From positions 35,836,001 through 35,900,000 of the forward strand of contig OZ287759.1 in NCBI GenBank assembly GCA_965649765.1: a DNA stretch of 64,000 bases, written 5' to 3'. Position numbers and translations under genes: made by a program. Origin of the DNA: Bispira polyomma. Lineage: Eukaryota. Positions within the stretch are counted from its first letter, which is position 1, and each line of letters opens with the position of its first letter. This document shows positions 1 to 11,700 of this stretch, piece after piece. The notes under the pieces were generated by a model. It did no database searches and was not told the DNA's origin. It saw only the letters and a list, made by a program, of their open reading frames with translations.

Positions 1-207
1 AAATAAAGCAATGCAATTTTATATATCTTATTTATTTGTATTTCCCCTTTGCGACAATGTGCTTTTAGCTTCATACTAAAAGTCGGCACATAGAAAGTAA
101 AATAGACATGATCTAGTGGCAAAGCCTGGACTCGATGCATCGCTATATTTGTCACAGTAGACTGATATATCGATCTTTTAACTAATCGCCGCAGCTTTAG
201 TACTTAC

Positions 208-298
208 ATGGGGAGATATCTCTATATCTGTTTTTTGGCAAGTTAGCATCTAATCTGGCAGCGTTCATGGTCATCCCTGGCTTTTTTCTGTACAATTG
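208..298 (-). CDS. PTPN4: PTPN4-like exon, start of PTP domain: QLYRKKPGMTMNAARLDANLPKNRYRDISP(Y)
   Basis: 91 nt, ctgcag|CAA...CCAT|gtaagt. Contains the KNRY pTyr-recognition loop and QLYRKKPGMTM as in PTPN4. Confidence 0.97.
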
Positions 299-992
299 CT
301 GCAGGAGGAAATAAAAGAAACAGTTACTATGAGTATGTCGTTCATCAGTATTGAAATCGTCAAAATAAAACAATGTTGAATTTTTAATTCAAGAAAACTA
401 GAAGATAGATAGAAGTATATTATATTTCACATAATACTTAAGAGTCTTTAAGTGAGAGCAAACCTTTGAACTGGAACCAAGATGTAACACGTATTGTGTC
501 CTAAGGCTGGGATCAATCCCCATGTCCTGTGTGTTAGCAAAGTGAGTGTGTTACCCACTAAACCACAGGGGTCTCCTACATTGTCCTAACTTTTTAGAAT
601 TTAGTGAAATCATGGCATTAAAATATTACCAGATTTTCACAATTATGTCACAATTTAAAATGTAGAATTATTTTCTAAAAATACTCTACTCCCAATTTAT
701 TTATATTTTGAGGATTATTGGTCAACTGTTTTGTTATAAAATAGGAATCACTGACTGTTTCATGCATTACCTGCACACGTTTGCCATAATTCATGTGAAC
801 ATTGCCTTTTAACATTTAAAATTGAAAGTGAACTAAAGCTGTCACATATATGATTTTCCAATGCAACTATACCGTACCGATCTAGTGAATTCTAAGTCCC
901 CAGGGTATCACGATTACACAACTCTAATCACGACACCTATATTAGCATATTTCCTCGACGATATCATGATACACGCCGACATCCTTACTCAC

Positions 993-1156
993 ATCAAACT
1001 GTGCTAGACCCGCTCCACTCTCGAGTCCCTCCGACAGTAACATGAGTGATGCGTCTAAGGCGTCTCCACCAGGAGGCAGGTTAGTCGTGATGTGGTGTGT
1101 GTCTGGGATATACTGGAACTCAGGCTCTGTGTCAGCAGTCTCGTCACCAATATACA
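993..1156 (-). CDS. PTPN4: PTPN4-like exon, PDZ-PTP linker: (V)YIGDETADTEPEFQYIPDTHH...SLMLLSEGLESGAGLAQFD
   Basis: 164 nt inside ORF 942..1190, ttccag|TG...GAT|gtgagt, phase 1 to phase 0. The EP.FQYIP and L.EGL..G..L.QFD motifs match PTPN4. Confidence 0.95.
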
Positions 1157-1725
1157 CTGGAAAGACACAATAACACACTACTGAAAACATGGAAATTTCC
1201 CTCCGACCTTAAAGGAGAAGTGTAAAGGTCAATGTATGTACTTAAACCCAGACTCAGTGTCAACAGCCTCGTCACCTATGTACACTGTAATAACACACAA
1301 GAACATATTCCTCAATACATAGAAACTCTCACCTTAGTTTAAACTTTAAAGGTCAACCTTAGTTTAAAGGTCAAAATATTCTGAAACTCAGTATAAGCAG
1401 TGTCATCACCAATATACACTGTAAAACACAACAAATAGAACACTCTTTAATGCATGAAAACTGTGACTTTGAAGCAGGAGTTTAAAGGTCAATATGTACT
1501 TAAACTCAGGTTCTGTGACTACAGTGTCATGACCAATTTACACTGGAACACACCATAACATACTCTTTAATATATGGAAATTTCCCTCTGACCTTGACAG
1601 ATTTAAAAGGTCAATATATACTAAAACTCAGGTTTAGTATTGTCACAACATATAGACTGGAAACACAACATTGTCTTTAATCCAAAAAAATTCCCTCTGC
1701 CCTTGAAGGAGGGGTTAAAGGTCAA
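1110..1725. repeat. Diverged tandem array of five ~125-bp units that copies an exon acceptor
   Basis: Recurrent (tact)..aactcagg..tgt..cag..tc.tcaccaat.tacactg....aaaggtcaa units. The first unit overlaps exon 1156-993. Confidence 0.85.
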
Positions 1726-2667
1726 ACCTGATTGTAGACATCATTGCTCACAAGTATTAAGGGCTGAGATTCAAAAAAGCAAACCAGTCATCTTTTGACT
1801 TTCATATATCACATGTAAAGACAAGAAGAAATTTACTCTTCAATGCGATAGGAATAACAAGTTTCCTTTTAGAATGTAATATTACACAGAGAATCAAAAT
1901 TTAAGATACAATATATGATATCAACTGATTGCATTACACAAGTAAACATTAGTTTTGTCCAAAAACATATTTATAGTCTGCCATCTTTCAAGTTTCAGGA
2001 GTGCAGTGAACTTTGGGATGTGATGATATTTCAAGATCACGTCCATATATTTTTTATTAATAACTTGGAATATAAACACGAAGAATTTTCGGAAATCTAA
2101 CCCAACGCTTCCTTGGGCTACATAGTTATTATTGTCAACAACCAAAAAACAACAAACTTAATTATATTGATGAAATTTAAAACCATTGAAAGAAAAATTT
2201 GAGTATGCTCCGACGTCTGCCCGGTAACAATACCACAGCTAATTAATAAAATAACAGCAAAGCAGTGTCGCCTCATTGTGGACTATTTAGATGAAAGTCG
2301 CAGGGTAAATGAGTACGAACAGAGCCTAATGGTCCATTCACACAGGCCGGAATGATATTGTAGATCTGGAGAACGTAAATAAAACAGTGTACATAGTTAT
2401 ACAGAAGACGGATCTGGAGCCAGATCTCCTGATCCAGTCCGTATAAAATTTATAAATTTTATTTTTGATTTTTGGAGGATCCAGACCCCTACCAAGCACC
2501 TGCAAAGTAGCTCTGTCCAGTGTAAATAGAAAACAGGCAATATCAATTTTTAGATAATTATACGGATGTGAATCCACTGTAGTGTGAATCTACCTTAACT
2601 TACTTTATCTAGCACTTTGTTTGGTGTTGTCTCTGGTTTAAAGACAAAAAGCTTAATGTCAAAGTGC

Positions 2668-2759
2668 AACCAGAATTAATTTACACCGTTATTATTTAAC
2701 CAGGATTAATTTACACCTTTATTATTTAACCAAAATTAATTTACACCTTTATTATTTAA
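2668..2759. repeat. 30-bp tandem repeat x3
   Basis: aaccagaattaatttacacc.ttattattt units. Confidence 0.85.
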
Positions 2760-3709
2760 TGTTTTTGTTTTGAAGTCAAAAAAATATATATCCATATATC
2801 AAGGTATTAGAAGTGCACACATGAACAAAAGAATTCACAGAATTAATTTACATCTTCTGTTAATAATATAATAAACTGCTGATGTTCCAGGAGACTGTGC
2901 TAAAATTGGTACAATAATAACCTGCTTTTATAAGCGATCTTTGCACACACAAAAAATGTTATAATTAATTTATGTTAAGTTAATATATATATACATATCA
3001 GATGTTATATGGTAATATGTGTGGTACATCACTAAGTTAATAAGTTTTCTTGGAACAAAATGATCTTTCTATGAAATCTTGTCGGGGTCGGGTGGGGCAC
3101 CAATTCCTTTCTGGAAAATAATCAAATTTCCTAACATCACATCAACAAAACTAATACGTACTACTGTACAACTCTTTGTAATGCTACTCTCCGGATATTA
3201 TGGCCCGTCTATATCGAGACATTCACCTTTAATTATGATTTCCAATGTGGTGAGTTGGAAGGCCAATGGCTCATGGACTATTAACTGAATCTTAAGAAAA
3301 CATAGGGGATGGGCTTTTTATGAGAATGTTATTTTCAGTGTGAAACTGGGGCTGTAAATATTAGTGGGTAAATTGTTTACCGATGTTGACCTTTTTATTC
3401 TTTGGGCTCTTCAGATGCCAATATCGATGGAATACAAACTTGTAAATGATACATTTTTAATGGTATTTAAAGTTTATACCTTTTAATTAATAAATGATAA
3501 ACTATTTTCAGTCCATTCTTACTTGTACACAATTTAGTGATTCGCACTACCAGATTATTTTTTCTTTTGAAAAAAATTTCCAGTTTCATTGTATGTCCCA
3601 ATATCAGCTGTTATTGAACTAATTTATTTTTATATATCGATCTTCTGACACACACAAATGATTTACCCACTAGTAAATATATATACCAAAATTATAGGTG
3701 GACTGTTAC

Positions 3710-4069
3710 TAGGGCTGTGACGGTAACAGTTTTTGTATGTCGGTATCCTGCCGATGCAGATTCAGGGATATCGAAAATTATTTGTTTCTAGTATCTACCC
3801 AATCGAATGCAGCTTATTACCGGAAGTAAGTTTCGCCAAATAAAACAAACACGTTTCCACTGAATGAAATCGCAAATAAAAGTAATAAATCTGCAAAAAT
3901 GTAGCATGACAGGTTATACTTGCTGAAGATATTGTATCTGTTTATAAAATTTGATGTTTTCCCACCATTTTATGTACATTGTAACGATACACCGGTATCT
4001 ATATTTACTTTCAGTCGGCAAGTATTTCTGTCTCGATACCGGGATACCGGCACTACCGCCCCAGCCCTA
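3710..4069. mobile_element. hAT-type MITE
   Basis: TIRs TAGGGCTGTGACGGTA / TACCGCCCCAGCCCTA. 8-bp TSD actgttac / gctgttac. Confidence 0.85.
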
Positions 4070-5508
4070 GCTGTTACATACAAGCATGAGCTGTTCTAAG
4101 AGATCATCCATGTAATTACCCATACTAAAGTGATGAGGGAAAACAGGCTCAATATCTCCTTATATGGTCGTAATTCCCGCAAACATTGTCTCTATCTATT
4201 ATTGCAGTAAAAGAAGGCGTTAAGACAGACTTCAGTAACCAAACAAAACCCAAAATGGTGATTTAGTAGATTTACATTCACAAATATCATTATGAGTAAG
4301 CAGTTCCATTGAAAAGTTTGCACCCTGCAATTTCTGTAACTCATTAATTATTTATATATCAAGGAATGTGGCCGTTATTTTGCAAAATAACTGAATGGCC
4401 CCACTCTCACATACTAAGTAAATTGATATTATTTTCCTAGAATCTCTTTTGGGGTGCACGTAAAATAAAATATTACAAAGTCATTTCCATTTAATACGTG
4501 CAGGCTTTCTCTATATTTAAAAAAAAAAAAAAAAAAAAAAAAAGTAAGAACCATTTAAATTGAAGCTGACAAATCGACGTAATAGAGTGTGTTCAAAGAA
4601 TTATATTACATGTAATTGGAAATCCTAGTTCTCAGAAAGCATGTGGCTGAGCTAACACATCCTAGAATTGACCAAAAAACCTACATGTTCGATCAACAAA
4701 GGTTTTTTTTTTATATAAGGTCAAGCCTCTATTTTCCATTCAAATTATGTTTGGATAATAAAAAGTTCATCAAATAGAAGACGTATTTTTGTACAAATCA
4801 ACAAAAAAACATAAAATTGGGAGATGAGTAAAAATGAGTTCATCAAAATCAAATATTTGGATAATTGATAGAAGTTTGGATTATTGAAGTTTAGATAAGA
4901 GGTTCTACTGTACTTTTCAAACACAATGCCAAACTTAACACTACTGCAAACTTCTGCTTGATCGGATTACATTGGATTTGTGATGTGGTCATCTGAGTGG
5001 GTTTAGTTGACAGGCCAGTGAGAAATCACACACAGTTACCCTGGGAATCCTAGGCTATTTTTAAACACTCAGTCGTCCAATGTATGTACACATACAGCAG
5101 AATCTCTATTATCTAAACTTCTATTATCCGAGTATTCAATTGTATGATCATATTTTCAAATCTCCCAAATTTACAATTGCCTATTGGTTTATGCTCAAAT
5201 ACTATCTTTTTTTTTGTTGGTGGGAGATGGGGGTGGTAACACTGACCCGTTAAACAAAATTTAGAGGTTAATTTTAAATTTTTTGGGGGAGGGGGGAATT
5301 GGTTGTACAACAATGGATATATATGAACGGTATAAAATCAAAAATATTATATGTCTGTATAGATCTGATCCCAAGATTATTTATTTGTGCATAATTCATG
5401 AAATTTCTGCTTAAATTTAACCGCAAGTGTGTGTGTAAATGGAATTGTTTGAAGTTCTACTGTTGTAACACTGTATTAAACTGGATATCAAGCAGAGTTA
5501 TCGCTTAC

Positions 5509-5578
5509 CGTTAGGCCTGACGACCAACACCAACTCTCCCGAGTGTCGCTCTCTAGACGCACGAATGAACATCACCAC
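5509..5578 (-). CDS. PTPN4: PTPN4-like exon, PDZ end: VVMFIRASRERHSGELVLVVRPN
   Basis: 70 nt, ttcag|GTG...ACG|gtaagc, phase 0 to phase 1. VV.FI.AS.ERHSGEL.L.VRPN motif. Confidence 0.97.
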
Positions 5579-5626
5579 CTGAAAGTAGTACAAACAAACG
5601 ACACATGAACAGTAAACTCACACATA

Positions 5627-5806
5627 GATTTCAGTTTCAATTTGATTTGGATATTTAACGTCCACTCCAGTACCTGTTTAGGTTATACTGGGACGGGTAG
5701 TTGGAAATGCTTCAGGAAACACTGCATACAGTTGATCAAGGTTCTGCACTGAAACCAGCGACCCACAGTAAGGAACTACCACCTTTCCCACATAGGTATT
5801 GACGGA
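5627..5806 (-). mobile_element. 5'-truncated copy of the same SINE family
   Basis: Reverse complement matches the SINE body and tail from just after the B box. TSD aaactcacacata (5614-5626) / aaactcatacata (5807-5819). Confidence 0.9.
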
Positions 5807-8707
5807 AAACTCATACATAAAATAAAACATAGAATAAACATCAACACCTGAAGGAAGTACAACCAACCTATAGCGGGCATTTAATATAATTGTAATATCA
5901 GAACTCGTTGGGCGATAATTAAAGCATACATCGAGTCTTGCAACTAATCACCCGAGTCGCACACTTGTAAACCCAAAACAACTAAAAAGTACTCCCAACT
6001 CACCCTACATAATATATATTTAGCTTAATTTCTAATATTCTACTATATATTTGCCATTTATGTTCAAAACATTAGGTTTACATCAGTCACCATAATTCTA
6101 GATTTGATTTGAGATTGGTTGATACTAAAGGCGAGGGTACCCAGATTCTCAAGACTGTGAAGACATTTGCCATTACTCAGGTTTCAGCTACTGGAGTTAA
6201 ACTTGCTCCATAAATGTGATGCTCTATCTCCTCACACTACAGCCGCCGATCCCAGCACTATTACCTACAGAAAATAACTGTCTTTTTCATCAAATGATTT
6301 CCTGGAGGTCTATGTATTAAAAGGTCTTGAGGTTACACTTGTGCTTAAACTCAAAAACCATGTACAAGTGCAACATGTACCTAATGTAGAGATATTCTCT
6401 TTGAATGGGCCAATCACCTGGACACATCCTACTATGTGTTTCAATGGAGCCAGGAAACTATAAGGAAATTTAAGTATTTACATACATGTCTAGTCAGAGA
6501 TATTTTTTTAAATGTACACAAAAGATACATGACGTCATTTGAGAATATTTGCGAGTTTAAGTTTTAAAGAAATTTGAATATAAATAAGATGGACACCTAT
6601 TGTCATTCCCTTTGTATGATCTAATTATATCCTAGTAATGACTTACTCCAATGAGGAAACAGGATGTGTGGATTTGTATAAAGAAAGCACACACATAGCC
6701 CCCCTTAGGGGGTGGGGGTATGATTTTTACAGATGCCAGACATTTACAAAAGGTATGACACAAAATAGACAAGCCTAATTACAACTTCCTACCTATCAGC
6801 ATGTATGTTTTTGGCATGCAAGGAATTATCTTATCAGAAATTAGAAAAGAACACCATGACTTATCAACTGACTTGAGTACAATATAAGACAGGATGTCAT
6901 GAACCTCAAACAGGAAGTGTATGTGTATTAGCAAACGGCAGGATACTATAAAATGTCTGGTCAAGAATGTGTGACTACTGGTGGTACCTATTGCCTTTCT
7001 AATTTAAAAAGGTTGTATTTCAAACTACCAAAGCTCAGTTTTAAGTATAAAATTAAACGTTCCATAAAATAAATAAAGAGCCATTTATGGAGGTTGTGTG
7101 GTTCTTGGTTGTATTAGTTAATTATATCTGTTGTATTAGTTTTAATTATATTTGTGCGTGGTTCTTGATTGTATTAGTTTTAGTTATATTTGTGTGTGGC
7201 TTTTTTTTTATCAGTGAAAATAGAACATGAATCATAGATTTAAAAACACATGTTTATTACTAATTGTTTGTAAAATTAGTTAAAACCCAGCCAGCCCAAT
7301 GTTGATTTGTTTCAAACAATTACTCAGCCTTACTTGCTGTTATCAGACTAGGTGGCTGAATTCTGTGGTGTGTATATGACCACATCAATGAATCAATGCA
7401 GTTTATCAGCTGATAGTGTATTATTTGTATGTGTGAACACACCCCAGAACTTTGTAATGATTTTATACACATAGATATACCTGTGCATGACAGACCATGA
7501 CAAATCAACATATGCTGATTAAAACATTGACACACATATATATGCCACATGTAAATGCAAACCTAATATCGATTCACAGAAATCCTAAGTAATGATTAAA
7601 TGTATTAATTCTAAGTGATGCCTTAGAATTTTAGGAGAGATGCATGTTTTAATGTTTAAAATTGCAAACAATTTCCAATTCATTTCTAATTTACACATAT
7701 CTAATTTATTTTTATTTTTTTTAAAGCAATCGTTTTGTTTTTTTTAAATTTAAGATTCCTCTTTTAAACTACTCTGAAAGATCATGTGATTGTCAGTGAT
7801 TAAGAATCACATCTGCAGAAATATTTATTCATTTTAAGCAACTGACTTACGGTAATAAGAATATCATTGACACAGGATATCTTTTGACTATTTTCTTAGT
7901 TGTCTAATATTCTAATATAATAATTACAACATTAGATAAAGTTGATGTTTATGCTTTATAAGCCAACCTTCTATTATCCGAATAGTCGATTGTATGAACA
8001 AAATTTCACTCTCTCTGATATTTTAATTTTCGTATTGTTTTACACTAAACTGCTCCCATTTTCTAAACAATAGCAACAAGAACTCAAACACCCACTGACA
8101 AACTAATGTAAAAATTAATTTCCCCCAATTCACTAAATACTTCCTTCCTGACAATATCCTAATTAAAACTGCAGTGCTGAATCTTATTTTCTCCACCAAC
8201 GCAGGCCAGTGAACTTGTAAAAAGTCAAAGACCCTGACAAAAAGAATTGCTTGAAAATTATTCCTACATTAAAATTAGTTGTCTGTAGAAAGTTTTACCA
8301 TTCATTAAATTATCATAATTTTCTTACCATTTACACATTCGTGTTTCTCTGCATTATACTTATAATGGATTTACTGATTGTAAAAACAATCCACCAAATC
8401 TAGTATATACACAACCTATCCAGTATTTAACAACTACAGAACTTTACAAACCAATACTAATATTTGTACTATTATTACTGACTGACCCATTAATACAATA
8501 CAAAATCTACACAATAAATGTTTTGTTTTAAAAAAAAAACAACCCAATGAAAAACATATACCAATTCTCTATATCTTTACGTAGCCGATATCTATATGCC
8601 TGGACCAAGAAGGGAAAGGTCCACAATGAACTTATTCCAGGTGCTAATTAAATTTCAACAGGTTTTTTTTAAAGGGAGAACAAAGTACAAAACAAAATAA
8701 TTATTAC

Positions 8708-8794
8708 CTTTTTCTTATCAATGTCTTCCTTTTTATTCCCTTTTTTAATCTGCAGTTTTCTCTGGGTAATTTGAGAATCTGGTCCCTGAGACAT
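8708..8794 (-). CDS. Candidate alternative first coding exon: MSQGPDSQITQRKLQIKKGNKKEDIDKKK
   Basis: ATG at 8794, in-frame upstream TAG at 8891-8893, donor AAG|gtaata in phase 0 compatible with exon 5578. No homology support. Confidence 0.35.
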
Positions 8795-11700
8795 TGTATA
8801 TTGTAAGAGTGGAGATTTCCTAAGTAAAGTTGACTTTTTGCTTATTAAACTGTACTCGTGACAATCAACTACACGATTATTGTGTCTTCTCTATTCTTAT
8901 TCACTAAACACACTGCGCTGTCCTCGTCGACCAATTGTAGTCGCCCTCTAGTGATTTGTAGATATTAGTCAAAATGTATTATGATCAATGTGGTCAAGTA
9001 CATTTCTTTGGAAGTATTCATAAATAACACTATCTGTCTTGAAATTCGCAAGAATTCCTTTTTTATTGTGATCTATATAGATATCCTGTAAGGTCAAACC
9101 CCAGGAAGGAAGCCAATTGATAATTTGTTCTTCAATACACTTTGTTATATAGATAGATATATATGAATTATTTATACTATTATTCCTTTTTGATGTAGTC
9201 AATGCATTCCAGTGTATTAACTAGGTAGAAGTTTTACAACAACTAGTCACTTCCCTCCTGATTATAAACTGCAAATGAATCATTTAGTTCACAAACTGCC
9301 TACATAGAGATTGATCAATGAACACACTAATTATATTACACACAGAGAAAAAAACAACGCAACTCCTTTTAATGAAACCAACCACATGACATCAGACGTC
9401 CTTATATGGCAATGACTACTACAAAGTACACACACACACACACACACACATACACACTGAGTGACATCCTCTTGGAAAGACATGTACTCTCTTAACTTAG
9501 CTGTAAGGAGCACATGCTGCACTATACATAGTGTTATAGACAGATATGGCCTGGCTTGGGGCTCCATGTTTGATGTTAGAAAAGTCTCATTTCAATATTT
9601 GGAAGTAATTTTAAAAAATGCATACATATAAGTCATTTCAGCAAAATGTACTTCTATGAGAAACCCTACGCTTCCATGGCACCAATCTTAATGTCAGCCA
9701 AGTTTATAGAGAAGTAGTATTTTGTTAGATGTCGACCGATTGATTCTTCCATGCAGCTGATAAAAGTATGTACCTGTGTGTGTCATATTTCAGTAGAAAG
9801 ACATTTTAAAATGGCATATTCGACGAAAACACCCCAAACTGGGCCAGAGTTACCGACAGGAAAAAAAAGAAGAGTCTACTTCTGGCCATTTCTAGATAAG
9901 TTATAAAGAACAACAAGACCTTTTTTCTGACTAACATGAGCCCTTCAGCAAGACTATTTTTAGGGATCAGGGGGCATATGTAATAAACACCTCCTACATC
10001 AAACAATAAATACAAACAATGAACAGCACTGTGCTTTCCTTCCTGTTTCTTTTATTTTTCTAGAGAATCTTCACCTAACGTCAAGACTTTTCTTCTTATA
10101 ACAACAATACAGATTTATAAATAAATGTACTACAGTGTGCGGACAAAATGCTGGTCAAATTTGTAACGGTGGACAAAATGCTAGTTAAATGCGCAAAGGT
10201 GGCCAAAATGCCGGTATTGTCAAAACATTTTAAAGACATTTTCTACAAGCATTAACTATAATTTTTTATCTTTGTTTTCATGACTTTGTAATCACCTTAA
10301 GCCTTATCGTGTCCCTCAAAACGTACGACACAAAGAGCTGATTTGACCATGTTGTGTAGTAGGATGCTTTCTTTCTACATTTTTCTGGGAACATCATCAT
10401 GATGTGGTCTTTTGTTTTCTCTTTTTTTTGTCCCATTGAGACAAATTTTGGCCTGATTAATCTAGTAGTTGCTTGTAAACACACCTATTAAATGACAGAT
10501 TATCAAGGGAGATTTAATTGTGGGACTTTTTGTAACAAGTATATACTAAAAAAAATAACTTCTTCCAATCTTATAATGTTATCACACAAAAGATTCTGTT
10601 CAAGTAATTATAATAATGAACCATATTATCCATGTGTACAAAATACTATGCATACCCTCTCCATCTCTAAACTAGTTTTTCATCATTTCTAGCAATATTC
10701 TTTTGACATTTAATGAAATCACTTTAATAGCCCACTATACAAGAAATCTTAACATATAGAAGCAAAATTCAGAAAATAAATAAAAAACATATTAAACAAA
10801 ATGTGGGGAAAAAATAGCCGACCAGCACTCAATAGGCAAATGTTCTAGCAACATTTTGAACTTTTGTTTTGTGGTTTTTCCTTTAAGTTGACTTGTCCCA
10901 GTCTGAGTGGGATGGGGACAAATAAAACCCAGAAAGGCATATGTTCCTTCATTCTGGAGTCTGTATCCTATTCCTTATGGCACCTCCATTGATCAGATAA
11001 TCTCTGTGTGTGTATTCAGAGTATTACATTGCCAATATGGCAGCTCCAGACAGAGAGATATAATAAGTTCCTAGAAGTCTTAATTACATCTATTGATTTA
11101 TTTCCAAAAGGTCATATCTTCACAGTGTAAAATTAACACAATGCAGTGGTCCCTGTCTCAGGCTTTGCTATAAAAGATTTAAAGAATTGATCCTGTGATT
11201 GGGAAATCAGTGTGTGGGGGCCGGAAAAGGAAGGAAACATGTTTTGTTGTGATGTCACCAATATGGAAGCTGGGTGTGTGTTTGTGTGTGGGGAGGGGGG
11301 GCCGGAATTAGGGAGGAGTTGGTAAAGCAAGACATACTGTATAAATAATTGTACCAATAACACGCCACTGATTTATTGGAAATCTAAAGTTGTTTACATG
11401 CTCACTGTGTTGTCAGATCGTTCTGACCTTAAAAGGCTGTCGATATAATCTACAGATTCCTAGTTTTTCTGTTTTCTAATCAGTTTGGGTATGATTTTAT
11501 TCGTTATTTCTAAGTAATCTACCACCAGATGCTATCTATGTATAGCAGAATAAACCTTGCAATGAATTTAAAATTGGCCATAAATTTGTGTATAAATTAA
11601 TGTCAAAATGCTTAGTAACTATCAACAAATACTAGAATTTGTTGCTCGTAAATATGTTTTTTACATTTTTTCCACGAACTACCAAATAAAGGATAGCTTC

